A stretch of DNA of 61,497 nt, counting the filler, from Choristocarpus tenellus KU-1152 (lineage: Eukaryota > Protista > Phaeophyceae): NCBI GenBank assembly GCA_964200185.2. It is 12 parts of 12 records of this genome, joined end to end, with 100 filler letters (N's around TTAATTAATTAA, not from the genome) between each part and the next. Parts side by side here need not be neighbours in the genome. Positions count along the whole stretch, not along the records: positions 19,630 to 24,940 come from CAXNAD020011192.1; positions 25,041 to 30,269 come from CAXNAD020011425.1; positions 30,370 to 40,375 come from CAXNAD020003213.1; 9 more parts are not named here. The stretch is one strand, 5' to 3'. Below, piece by piece: positions 24,858 through 35,900 of the stretch; the stretch's first letter is position 1, and each line of letters begins with the position of its first letter. A program made the translations under genes and the position numbers. Below the pieces are notes generated by a model that saw only the letters and a list, made by a program, of their open reading frames with translations, ran no database searches and had not been told where the DNA came from.

Positions 24858-24940
24858 GACCCAAAGTATCTGGGGAGGGGGGGGGGGGGGGGCAACACCA
24901 GAGTGTCCATTTGGACCAAAAACCAGGAAAGGGACACTTT
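24858..24940 (+). mobile_element. MITE family B left part, cut by contig end
   Basis: GACCCAAAGTATCT-(G)n-CAACACCAGAGTGTCCATTTGGACCAAAAACCAGG matches the 23524 copy. Confidence 0.88.
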
Positions 24941-25202
24941 NNNNNNNNNNNNNNNNNNNNNNNNNNNNNNNNNNNNNNNNNNNNTTAATTAATTAANNNN
25001 NNNNNNNNNNNNNNNNNNNNNNNNNNNNNNNNNNNNNNNNCTGTTCGTTGTTTCCCCAGCTATTTCTCAAGAATATTTGCCTGTGTTTTTCTGAATCTAT
25101 GTAAAATGTGAATTTTGTGCAGTCAGTTATGATACTGAGGACCGTGTACTTACCTTACGGGCTGATGAAGCAAACCTTTGCATTTCACGCTAACTCTTTG
25201 TT

Positions 25203-25292
25203 TGACTTATTTCCGTCCAATTCGTATTTTCTGACTTATTTCCCTCCAATTCGTATTTCTGACTTATTACCCTCCAATTCGTATTTCTGACT
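25203..25292. repeat. Tandem repeat, ~28-29 bp x3 (TGACTTATTTCCCTCCAATTCGTATTTC)
   Basis: Three adjacent units directly upstream of the 25303 acceptor. Confidence 0.88.
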
Positions 25293-25302
25293 CTTACTGC
25301 AG

Positions 25303-28036
25303 ACTCTCGACAAAACTGAATACAAACGGTTGAATGGGGTATCATCAGTCATTGTGGGAGACACAGTTAATACCTACAACTACCTGGTAATGCAATTTGA
25401 TTCGTCACATGGTATAATAACTTCTCAGAACCTCCCTTGCTGTTACAATGATCAACGTTTTAGTTTTTCAATGAGTAGTCTTTGAAGGCCTTGAATTTTG
25501 ATGGAATTCTTTTGGTGAAGATTGAACTCAATGCATATCCCGATGCAAGTAAGAAGTGGTAAAATTCCAATACTGATCATTCTGATGGTGTAGCCAGTGT
25601 AGCCATGCAACAATTGTTGTGTATTATTTTTTGTTCTGTTGTGCTTGCAACAACTATCTTGAAGTCAGTACCTCTGCCAACCTCTGTTGATAAGAAAGAC
25701 GGAATGAATAGAGCTTGTAGATAAGTATCTCCAACACAGTATCAACAAGTAGTAAGTCAACGTTCTATTCAGAAAGGTGTTTGGAAGGTGCATATTTTAT
25801 AACAGCATACTAATTTTGGCTGGCCTTGGCTAGCAATAACATTTCCCATCATACCTTCATTTCTTCAACAGTAGGCGGTCTAAACTTGTATTTGGATAAG
25901 CTGAGGTGTAGGTTACTTGCTTTCAAAACGGTGGGGAGTCAAAGTATGTTAGAGAGGGTAGAGCCGCGTCTATTTGGGGGCCAAAATCCAATGTTACGAT
26001 TTTGATGTAATTTTGGCTATTATTGTTCATGAGGAAGTGTCAATATACATGTTCCGGACACACCTTTTCATAACATACATGCATTACCTACTCCTAAACA
26101 GCCAAAATTTAATGTTGCGATTTTGATGTAATTTTGGCTATTATTGTTCATGAGGAAGTGTCAATATACATGTTCCGGACACACCTTTTCATAACATACA
26201 TACATTCCCTACTCCTAAACATTTTGAAGTAGGAAAATTTCATTAAAAAAAAACATGCGTGGGAAGCCTAGCCCCAAATGGACGAACAGGCCAAAAAAAA
26301 CCCCTGTACCCTCCAAGATACTTTCACTTGGGGTTTCAAGCCTGTCACTATTTTTCAAACGTGAGTCCTCTGCTATCATCTCGCCTGACATACCTGTTGT
26401 GTCCCAAAATCGCTTGTGCATTAGGAGCCCTACCTGTTGTTCGAGAATGGAAACTTCAAGACAGGAACCTTTACTGTGAGCGTTGAAGAGGTCAAGCGCT
26501 CTTTCTTGAAAGTTGAAGAAGTAAATCCTGTGGATATTGTGACCATTATCGGTGCACTTGGAGGCTATTGGCGTGAGTGCTATCATTCTGCATGCTTGAA
26601 TCAGTGACGCGAACCCATTCTACATTTTACCACTGCCCCATACAAATGAATGTTTTCCATCAAATGCATGCCTTGTATTTTGCTTGGACTGGATTGCCAA
26701 ATATGTTGAGCTTTGGAAGTAATAGAAAGGCGTTTCTCGGGTTGATGTCTAGATTCTCTTGGCACCCAACGAGATCTCTTTACCCGGGAAAGCCATAGTT
26801 TCCCCCCTCATACACAAAATCCTTCAATCAACACCGCCCAATACCCACAGCACAACATTAATGCCTAGAATGAGGGGGTGGGTTCATAGGAAATGTGACT
26901 GAGTGCAGTTCATGGTGCTTGCTCTATACTGACATAAGTACAATAAACCCTTTACGCTAATGCAAGTGTCACTTCTTGTGTGGCATCCCTTGCCCTCACG
27001 TTTATTTGTATTGTATCCTTGAAAAAATGTGACCAGAGTATGTCATCATAGGATGGGGTTTGTTCTTCGTCACACTCTCTCCTTCGCAGAAGAAAGCCAG
27101 ACATCTTGGCAAAATCGAGAAGATGATGTCAAAGAAGAAACTTGATGAGACAGGAGTTGATGATGGAAGTATTGAGGTAACGGGGAATACTTCGACCTCT
27201 GCGAATCGTGAGGCTTTGTCTGGGCAATCAAAAGCGTTGGTAAGAAACTGAAGTGAGGGGGATTTTGCATGGTCGAGAGAATGTGTGTGTGTGTGTGTGT
27301 GTGTGGCGTGCCTGGCTCTTGCAAAACTATAGCATACTGTAGAATTTCTCGAACTAATCTCTTTCCCCTGCCTACAGTTTCAAGCAACATCTAGCCAACG
27401 CAACACAAGTGGTAGCAGTAGTGTGCATGTAATTTTTTCAAAGTCATTCGACCATCCTAATTTACCCGTGAAAATAAAATAGGCCCACTTTGCCTCATTA
27501 TTGCTTGAGAGCAACAGCAATGCAGTCGTGGCACTATGGTGTTGTTTTTCATTTTTTTTGTACATACTGTGAGAAATGTATGTATTTTGTTACTTTTCCT
27601 CAAGAAATGAGTCAAAAGCATTCTCGAGGGGACTGATTGATCCTTGGGAAGGCGTTTTGTTTCATCTCTCTACTCTCAAAGCCTCAATGATACCCATTGA
27701 GAGTTTCATCTCTCACAGCTGCAGCAACCAAATGTAACATTTATGCATTTTTGGAATAAAATTGGCAGGTCAGGCACAAGATCGGTAAGACCTCAATGAC
27801 TCAAACAGGCAAAAATCTACCCCCCAGCAGAATACTTCGACTTATAACATCTTCCAAGAGCATCTTGTATTCCAGAGTAGTAGCAACTACTACTGTACTT
27901 CAATGAATCAACCTATTTTTGACACCGTTGAGACTGTTAGTCTCTACATTTTTGACACTTTCTTCCCCCCCGACAACTCCAGGATGTAGGGGGAGCCATT
28001 TCGTCACCTAGAGAGTCGGTGAATGGTGTTGTCTGA
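25303..28036 (+). CDS. 3' part of a membrane protein resembling trimeric two-TM channels (PAC/TMEM206- or DEG/ENaC-like); exons 25303-25386, 26425-26572, 27037-27239 and 27983-28036
   Basis: GT-AG introns with phases 0/1/0 give TLDKTEYKRLNGVSSVIVGDTVNTYNYL|EPYLLFENGNFKTGTFTVSVEEVKRSFLKVEEVNPVDIVTIIGALGGYWQYVIIGWGLFFVTLSPSQKKARHLGKIEKMMSKKK...SKAL|DVGGAISSPRESVNGVV*: a beta-rich segment, one TM helix and a basic cytosolic tail. The gene structure is well supported; the family call is inferred. Confidence 0.7.
25936..26329 (-). mobile_element. MITE family A copy with 3-bp TSD GGG and an internal 121-bp tandem duplication, intronic
   Basis: GGG|GAGTCAAAGTATGTTAGAG...CTCCAAGATACTTTCACTT|GGG; duplicated units at 25980-26100 and 26101-26221. 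Confidence 0.92.
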
Positions 28037-29255
28037 ATGAAGGAGGAGACAATCAAGGGCATCTCTTCTGGGCACAAGGTCATCTCGTTGGAAGGCCCTC
28101 TTCCGCGAAAAGCATCTGCTGAACAAAAATATTTTGAAGATGTCAAATGACATTGTGTTCACTTCATTGCTCTCCTCCTCTCTTTGGTTTGACTGTTTGC
28201 TCCATTGTGTGATGATACCAAGTGCGTCAACTGGGGGTACATATAACATGTCAGTAAACCAGAAGAACATATACCTTTTTTAAAAAAGATTTAGGAAGGT
28301 TGACTGTGTAAGAGTTCATTCTGTTGTATCAAATCAAGGTGGTGCAACCACCGTGAACATAGGAGACAAATGCTGCACCACGACAGGATGATTTTATCTC
28401 AGTGGGAATTCTTCTGCAAGTGCACTGTTGGTGACAGGTGATGCAGGAAGGGGAACAGAGGAAGTAGATGCTCTCTTTTCAAGAAAATTATAAAATGTAT
28501 GGATTTTTTAAATTTAGCAATGCCTTATGAACATGACTGTGTTGGTTTTTTGTCCTACATTTTTCTATAGCTCAGCACAGAACGAGAATTGTTAGGTTGG
28601 AAGAGCAAGCAGGTGAGCAAGGCAAGGACGCAAAACGAAGCCTACTTTGACTCTTGACTGCCCACTAGCTAGCTCTTGCCTTGTCTGACATCCTTGATTG
28701 CTATTTTGATATATTGTAGTGTTGAACTTGACTTGGCTGTGCACCCAGTTTCACACCAGCGATACTCTTAGAAGATGATAAGCGCTGTGGTGCTATAAGA
28801 GTTAGGGTGTGCAGGTTTGAAGTTTTTATCTGATGTTGGTCTGGATATTTAATGTGATGTAGTTAACCACCTTGTGCAATGTACATTTTATCTAGTGTAA
28901 TATTATTCATAGGTGTTTCCACAAATAAAGTGCGGCATTCCCAGCGGTTGAGGTCCAGCACAATACCCCTTTCTGCTGCCTGCTGAGTGGTCGAGAAATC
29001 TCAGGTTCAAAGTATATGAGAGGTACCCAGCTTTTGGCTGCTCTGCATTTTATACCACCCTTTTTTCTCTTTTTGCAATTCACCCTTAGTAGGATCAACC
29101 TGAGAGCATTGATTTCTCTAAAGTTTAAAATATTCGAAAGAATTCAGACCTTTCCCTACACCCTTTCATACATAAAGCTGAGATTTCCACATACTCCCTC
29201 TATCCCATAGGTCTGGACCCCTGAGTTATAGCTAAACGGGATGACCTCTGATTAT

Positions 29256-29477
29256 GAGTCAGTATATCTTGAACGGTAGAGTTGTGTCCGTTTGGGGACC
29301 AAATTCCAATGTTGCGATTTTGATGCAATTTTGGCTATCGTGTTTGGTGGGAAGTGTCAATATCCTTGTTCCAAAAAAGTTTGGAGTAGGTAAAAAAAAA
29401 AATTAAAAAAACGTGGGAAGCCAAGTCCTAAACGTAAAAACAGGGTAAAACTTGTACCCTCTAAGACGCTTTCTCTC
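29256..29477 (-). mobile_element. MITE family A copy with internal deletion
   Basis: GAGTCAGTATATCTTGAACGGTAG...TACCCTCTAAGACGCTTTCTCTC; no clean TSD. Confidence 0.85.
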
Positions 29478-29489
29478 TCGCCAGACCAA

Positions 29490-30240
29490 CTTTTTGTTTT
29501 GCTCACGAATTCTGGATTATTTTTTTTATCTTATTCTATGTTTGCATTCCACCCATTCCCTTCCTCCCCATTGTACCATCACTTGTGACCAACCAGTGCG
29601 AGCCCCCTCCGACACTGATTTCCAGTCACCCCCCACATCTGATGACCAACCAGTGTGAACCCCCTTAAAAACAAGCGAAGATACAGGAAATAAGCACCAG
29701 TATTCGCACGCTAACCATCTACCAACTTTCCACCTAGCTCACTGAAGCAGACCTTTCAGTCAGCAGCTCAAAGTTTCATCACTGGCTTAAAGTCATGGGG
29801 GCAATGGAGGTTCGTTGGCGTGTCGCTCTTACCGTTTTGCTGCATCAAGAACGGGGTGAACTTCACCCTTGACCAGATCTCCCACAACGACAAACCTACA
29901 GTACTGGGCTCGACATCATTCATACTGACGAGGCATGGTTCTAACTCATCTGCAAACAAGAGATGGTGCACATGTTCCCGGGGGAGGAAAAGTGGGCTCG
30001 ACAAAGGTGCAGCACCAGAGCCACATTCCCAAAGGGATGCTCATCTCCGCCATTTCATGCCTGGATTCTTTCCATAATTTCAACGGCAAGATCGGTATCT
30101 GGTGGGTTTGCATCATGAAGGAGGCGCAACAGACTACAGCGTGGCACACAAAGGGTGAGGAGTACAAGATTGACATCACTGTTGACACCATATGGTACCT
30201 GGAGCGGTAAATGGAGCACAGCTGTTGCCAGCAATCAAGG
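29490..30240 (+). mobile_element. IS630/Tc1/mariner transposase remnant (plant-mariner/DD39D-like) with its putative left end
   Basis: Frameshifted DIIHTDEAWF*LICKQEMVHMFPGEEK then KVQHQSHIPKGMLISAIS...FNGKIGIW, matching the H.DE.WF ... K..IPK.M ... F.GKIGIW motifs of this clade. Confidence 0.82.
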
Positions 30241-30369
30241 GGAGAATGCAGTGGTTTGAATTGGGGGGGNNNNNNNNNNNNNNNNNNNNNNNNNNNNNNN
30301 NNNNNNNNNNNNNTTAATTAATTAANNNNNNNNNNNNNNNNNNNNNNNNNNNNNNNNNNNNNNNNNNNN

Positions 30370-30440
30370 AGGATAGAGGAATAAGAAAATAGGAATGTGC
30401 AAATAATAATAATAATCCAGAATTCGTGAGCAAAGCAAAA
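30370..30440 (-). mobile_element. Same element end as 13860-13940 and 29490-29560
   Basis: (AAT)n-CCAGAATTCGTGAGCAAAGCAAAA. Confidence 0.78.
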
Positions 30441-30656
30441 TCAATAATCGCACGTATTATAGTCAATTCCTAGTGTATCGGAGATCCAAAATTGGATTTG
30501 GATCTGTTCTCACATACATAATTTCGGGATTTAACAATATTATCGTTATGTACAAATACGTAGGTTGTGGGTAAGACCAAGAACATTCACATCACCTCCG
30601 TTGGTTCAAATTTTGACACCCCGCACATCATCTGTACTACCCTCTAGTGCCAAATC

Positions 30657-32997
30657 ATGGTCAAGTTGACTTTTGCTAAGAGAGCCGCAATGCCTGCGAT
30701 CGAAGTTGCTGTCCCAATTATGCCAGAGAGTATGAAACAAGGCATTTATGTCACACTGGCATATGTCTCACTCTTTTATCTCTTCATCCTGGGACAGCAA
30801 GTGGCCAAGTGGCAACTGAAGGCATATTATCACTCTAAGGGGAAGAGGGTGCGTTGTAGGGAGTATCGATTGCTCTTCACGGAAATATGCATCAGTATGG
30901 TGGAGTCTATTAACACATTTTAGTCTTCACTAAAGCTGATGAGTCTTGAGTTTATCTCAAGGCCCAGCATTGCTTCTGTCTATTTTTTTCTGGGTACTTC
31001 CTATCACTGACATACATCTTTTGGATTTTGACAGATGCTTCGGTACTACAATTCGACAGAATCGAAGATGCTGGGGTGGGATCGCACCGTGGGAAACATG
31101 CTGGAGCAGGCAATGCCCTTCTTAACACTCTTCTGGGTCAACATAGCTCTCGACATCATCAACTCATCATCCTCCGGTACTGTTATTACTGCAGGATGGT
31201 GCTACGTGGCTTTTAGGTTTCTTTATCCGGTGAGAAGCCCGCGGTTATTATCCCAGTGGCCAATCTCGTATGTCTTGCAATCCTATCCTATCTTCGCTTC
31301 AATCTCGCTGCTCGTTAATGAGGTCAATGTCTCGGCTTTGATACGTGTCCCATGCGCAACGTCCTCTTGCTTGGTTCAACCAGGTATTCTGGTTTAATGG
31401 TGGAGGTGGAAGGTCGGGTGGGTCATCCAAGATGCTGTTCTGTACCGGACCCATGTAAGCCATCCAGACACTTGAACGAACTCCTTCCCCAGCAGCACCG
31501 CTAAAAAACACTTGGCATCACATCATCTGTGAATTACCCTAGGCAGCAAGGATTGCCGTTAGTGAACCCTCAAATCTACCGCCAGGATCATCCTACCTCT
31601 CAAGCAAATTTTAACTAACGCGTAAGAACGTCGCCAAGCCTGATGAGTCGTCTTCTCCGCACAGTGTTTAAGTTGCGTCCCTTCATGAAATAGAAGAACG
31701 CCTGTTTAAGCTGATTGACTACAATATTTACTTCTTCCAGTAGGAGGTTAATCTTGTCATAGTTCGAAGAGACGAGTGTGCGAGTACCTGGCCAAGCTTT
31801 TAGTAATGTGTTTAACAATGGGAATACCATTGTGCCAACTATGTTTACAATCTCCAACCGGTTGCGGCCTATCTTTTTCATGGAGGGAACACTTGGCAGT
31901 GAGAATCCCATCGCTTCTGAGGAGATGCTAGGTTACATTAATCTCTCCGTAGAGGTACCCACCACGACATCCCTCTCCCTTTTTTTATGTAACGAATCCC
32001 GTTTCGACATGGTCGTGGGGAGAGCAGTGCTTTGAAATGAAACTTCCCACTTTGTGACACTCTGTATCAGCGTGTAGTGATAAGTGGTGTCAATAGCAGG
32101 GGACTGATCTCAGTATTGAAGGGGCACTAGGGGTTCCAGATCCGACAAATTGTATTTTAGGTCATACATACCGTTAAACTGGTCTATTGGTATTAAGAAG
32201 TAGTTGTGAATGACAGCCCTTATTCCTCAATCATAGTCCATATAGTACTTGAAGTGGTGCTTTTTGTATTTGCATGATGCACCAACCTTTTGAAACCTAC
32301 CATGCTTCAGGCATATGCTTCGATTTTATTTGTTCGTATGAATGATACCCCAAACCCCTGGATTATACTATCATTATAATCTTTGGGTAACTCGGAAAAC
32401 ATCAAAACTCTCAAAATAGTGCCCACATCAATATTATGAACAAAACTGCACTTATGCAGGATATGTGCAGCTAAATTGTGCTTTCCTGGATTGGTCACCT
32501 AAGGGGCATGCTTTGTTGTAGTGTGTTCTGCCTTCTGCTCTCATTTACACACCTTCCTCTTTACCATCAAGTCAGAGAGTGGCATACTTGGGGCAACCTG
32601 TGCTTCTCCACTGATCCATGGTAACTTTGCCAGATGGAGGTACCTTGATCTATGTTCTCTTGCTGCTAAACTTGGCCCTACCTGGCCCAGTAGTACTATT
32701 GTTAATAACATGGTACCTCTTGCGCCACTTCTAATCCTCACACTCCACTTCAACAGAATCTATTCGAGCTGTGTCTTTCCACAACAACAGTGCTCTGTTT
32801 GAATCTCTTGTTACAGCTTCCGGTGCTCCTAGGTCCTCCCCATACCATCCTATCCCTCCAGTGACCCCCACTACTTTTTTTCATGTTTTCCTCTAACCCT
32901 AACCCTAATACCTGTATCTTTTCATGTATACAGGTATGCTGTGATAGCATTTCTGGCATGGGAGGCATGTGTTAACTGTCATGTGAAGGACACATGA
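30657..32997 (+). CDS. MAPEG-family membrane protein, ~173 aa; exons 30657-30848, 31035-31229, 31384-31454 and 32934-32997
   Basis: GT-AG, phase-consistent (522 nt). Four hydrophobic segments; DRTVGNMLEQAMPFL (R...N..E...F) and GWCYVAFRFLYP (G..Y...R..Y) are MAPEG signatures; ends ...CTGPMYAVIAFLAWEACVNCHVKDT*. Confidence 0.87.
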
Positions 32998-35900
32998 GAA
33001 TGGCACACCGGGGGCACCAACGCTTTGGAAGGGATCGCAATGTCCTCAACCTGCATGTCTCAAATTACAGAGTGGTGCACAGTAGATGGACCTAGTAGTG
33101 TGTACCATTCAGTTCAGCAGTGTTTGATGGGGTTTGTATTGAGAAGGTAATTGGTTGGACAAGGTCCTAGTGGCAGATCTTGGAAATGACAGTCCCCAAC
33201 ATGTATCTACCCCTTAACAAAATTGGGAACATGCTGTTGATGTAACTCGACGGCGATACCGCCATAGAGGTTTGAGCACGAAATTTTTTTGAAGAGTTTT
33301 CAGCAGCATTGTATTGTGTGATGTGAAGTGCACTCCCCAAGGTCTGAACACAGGTTGAGACTCTTTCTTGTCTGTTGTGGTCTATTTTTACTTGTCTTAT
33401 GCAGAGACAAACATTTTCTTCTTTTTTTTGCATTTCTTTTGTTGCAAGCATATGTGGCACGCATCTACAAACCTTACCAACACCTTGTGCATGTTGTATT
33501 GCTTTCATGTTTCCACAACTCAGTACTGTGGGACTGGATTGGTCTTGGAGAGAGGGGGTGGTGGGGTCCTGCTGTGTGTGATGCACTGTTTTTCCTGATG
33601 ACCCCATGCATCCATTTAGAATTTTATCGAAGTCATTATGTGCATGAGACTCCAATGCGCTTTTTTGATTGCTTATGTAGCCCAGAGAAGTTCTTGAGAT
33701 GAGATGGTACCTTCTTTTTATGTTGCATTAGGGTTAGGGTTTGTATGCTCTCACTGTGTGTTTCAAAGGTCCCTTTCCATTAGCATCGGCCGAGTCTTGG
33801 AGAGTCGTTTTTGTGTTTTTGTGTGAATTATTTATTGGATGAGTTGACACGTAGTCATCCCACTTTAGGGTTAGGGCTATCCCTAACCATAACCATAATC
33901 ATCCCGCTTTAGCTGGCGTTGAAATGTTTTTTCCAAGTAGTAGAGGGGTAGTATAGTCCCCCTCTTTTTGTGGTTGAAGCCGAATCTTTTCAAGTCAGAG
34001 AGCAGTTTTGAGGAAAGTCTGTGTGTGTTTGATGTTATGAGTGGGGTGAAGTGTTGGCCCAAAACCAAGTCATCCATCCTGTTTAATTTGGTGGCGCCTT
34101 TGTCTCCTGCGTTGGATGTAGTTCATGTGTAGATATGGTTAGGTTTAGGGTCCTGGAGCGTATCACTTCAGAAGTATGAACATGTTGACACAGGGGGATG
34201 AGAAGCAAAAATGCACTCTCATGCCTGTGTCATTCAGGGTGTTAATAAGGGGTGCATGACCACTCTCACTTCCAGCTTCCTAGTGGACCGAGTCATCTTA
34301 CATATTGTCAATGTAGACAGCATAACATGTGCACAAGGGAACGCCTTCCTTGGTAATATAAGAATCTTGTCCACAAATGAACCTCTTGGCAATACTGTGT
34401 TGCTAGTCAGTCATCAGTGAAGAAATGTACAAGATTTGACAATAGGGGCTTTGTTATGCTGTGATTGCTTGGTATCAATTCCTCTACCTTGCTCTAAAGT
34501 ATCCCCTCCCACCCCCTAACCATTGTAAAATTTTATCCCTCAAGAGTCTGTACTATGCTAGTAGAAGTAACAAAGTCAAGAACATTGATTGATAGCTAGC
34601 TACACCATGTGCTGTCTACTACTAGTCAGAGATTCTACCACTGTACTGTACAACTAAATATTAATAATCTCAGTCAGCAGCGCCATGTTTCAGTCATCTC
34701 ACAACCCATTGCACACTCCCCAACCCTCCGTAGACACACTTGGAAATCGAACTTGAACTATGCTGGCACATGTGTTGGTGGTGCTTGCCAAGCAGACAAT
34801 CGAAATCAGCTTTCACTGTAAAGAAGCCTCGCCTCAACCAAACCTTGAACCCATGTGCAATTTTTTAAAGAGCCCCTGGCTTTCAACCTCAAGTTCTCGA
34901 TGAGGAGACCTACACACCACAGTTAAAAAGTGCCCTCCTTTTGTGATAACTTGTTGTGGGCTTGGGTAAAATGCTAATGAGAATTGAGGAGCATGGGCCA
35001 TGGTGAGACAAGTCATGTTACACCAAATTTCCCCAACAACCTAGTCATGGGATGTAAGGTGATCATGTTGCCTGCAACATCCCCTTACCCTAACCCTAAC
35101 ACTGTTTGAGGTGCTGAAAGGCAACGTGGACATGCCCAAGTTTGAACCAAAACAAGGTCCCCATTCAAATGGTCAACTTATTTTTTTCCTCCAAGTCTTC
35201 TTTCGTAGCACAAAAAAATAATAAAAGTCAAAACTAACCCTAACCCTAAGAAGAAAACAAAGTAATTGCGTTAGTCGTAAACTATTGGGGAACAAGTCTA
35301 CATCAACAACACAAATAGTATGTACATTCATACATCACATAAATTGGACACACCCATGAAGTAAAAACATTGTGAGAGTAAGGCTCAGCCTTACAAAGGA
35401 GAATATGACCCCAATTACTTAAAATATAGAATATGACAAATCAAATCTAATTGCATTAATTTAATGCATTCTGATTGATCTATGTAATAGGTCAGAAGGA
35501 ACTTTTTTGGTCAAGGAAATTGCCCAAACCTCTTCTCTAAGCCAACTGAATATAGCCACCCTATATACAAAAAGAAAGTCTTGGGTTTGTCTACTGGCTT
35601 GCCATTGGCTCCCCCAATCATCCCTCCTACCCCACATCAATATATACATACATACTGATACTGATGGCAATTATTATATTAATAATTTCCCAAACAGAGT
35701 TCAAGGCTATTGATAAGCTCTGGCATTGTTTTCATGCTCCCACATCAACAGTACTGTAACAGTGGACTCCCAGAGTGGTGAAACGCTCATTGCTGGTGCA
35801 CACTAACCCAAAGTAAGAAATGTGAAGTTTAGACCCAAAACTATAAACCCCATTGTAGGCATTGTGTCTTTCAATCATCTATTATCTCATGACGTCACTA

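Noticed and set aside
25060-25190. Additional upstream exon of the channel-like gene (e.g. RTVYLPYGLMK)
   Set aside because: Acceptor-like sites exist, but no convincing donor in a compatible phase.
33328-33702. Hydrophobic 124-aa ORF as a membrane protein
   Set aside because: GTG start, T-rich composition, downstream of the MAPEG stop and no family motif.
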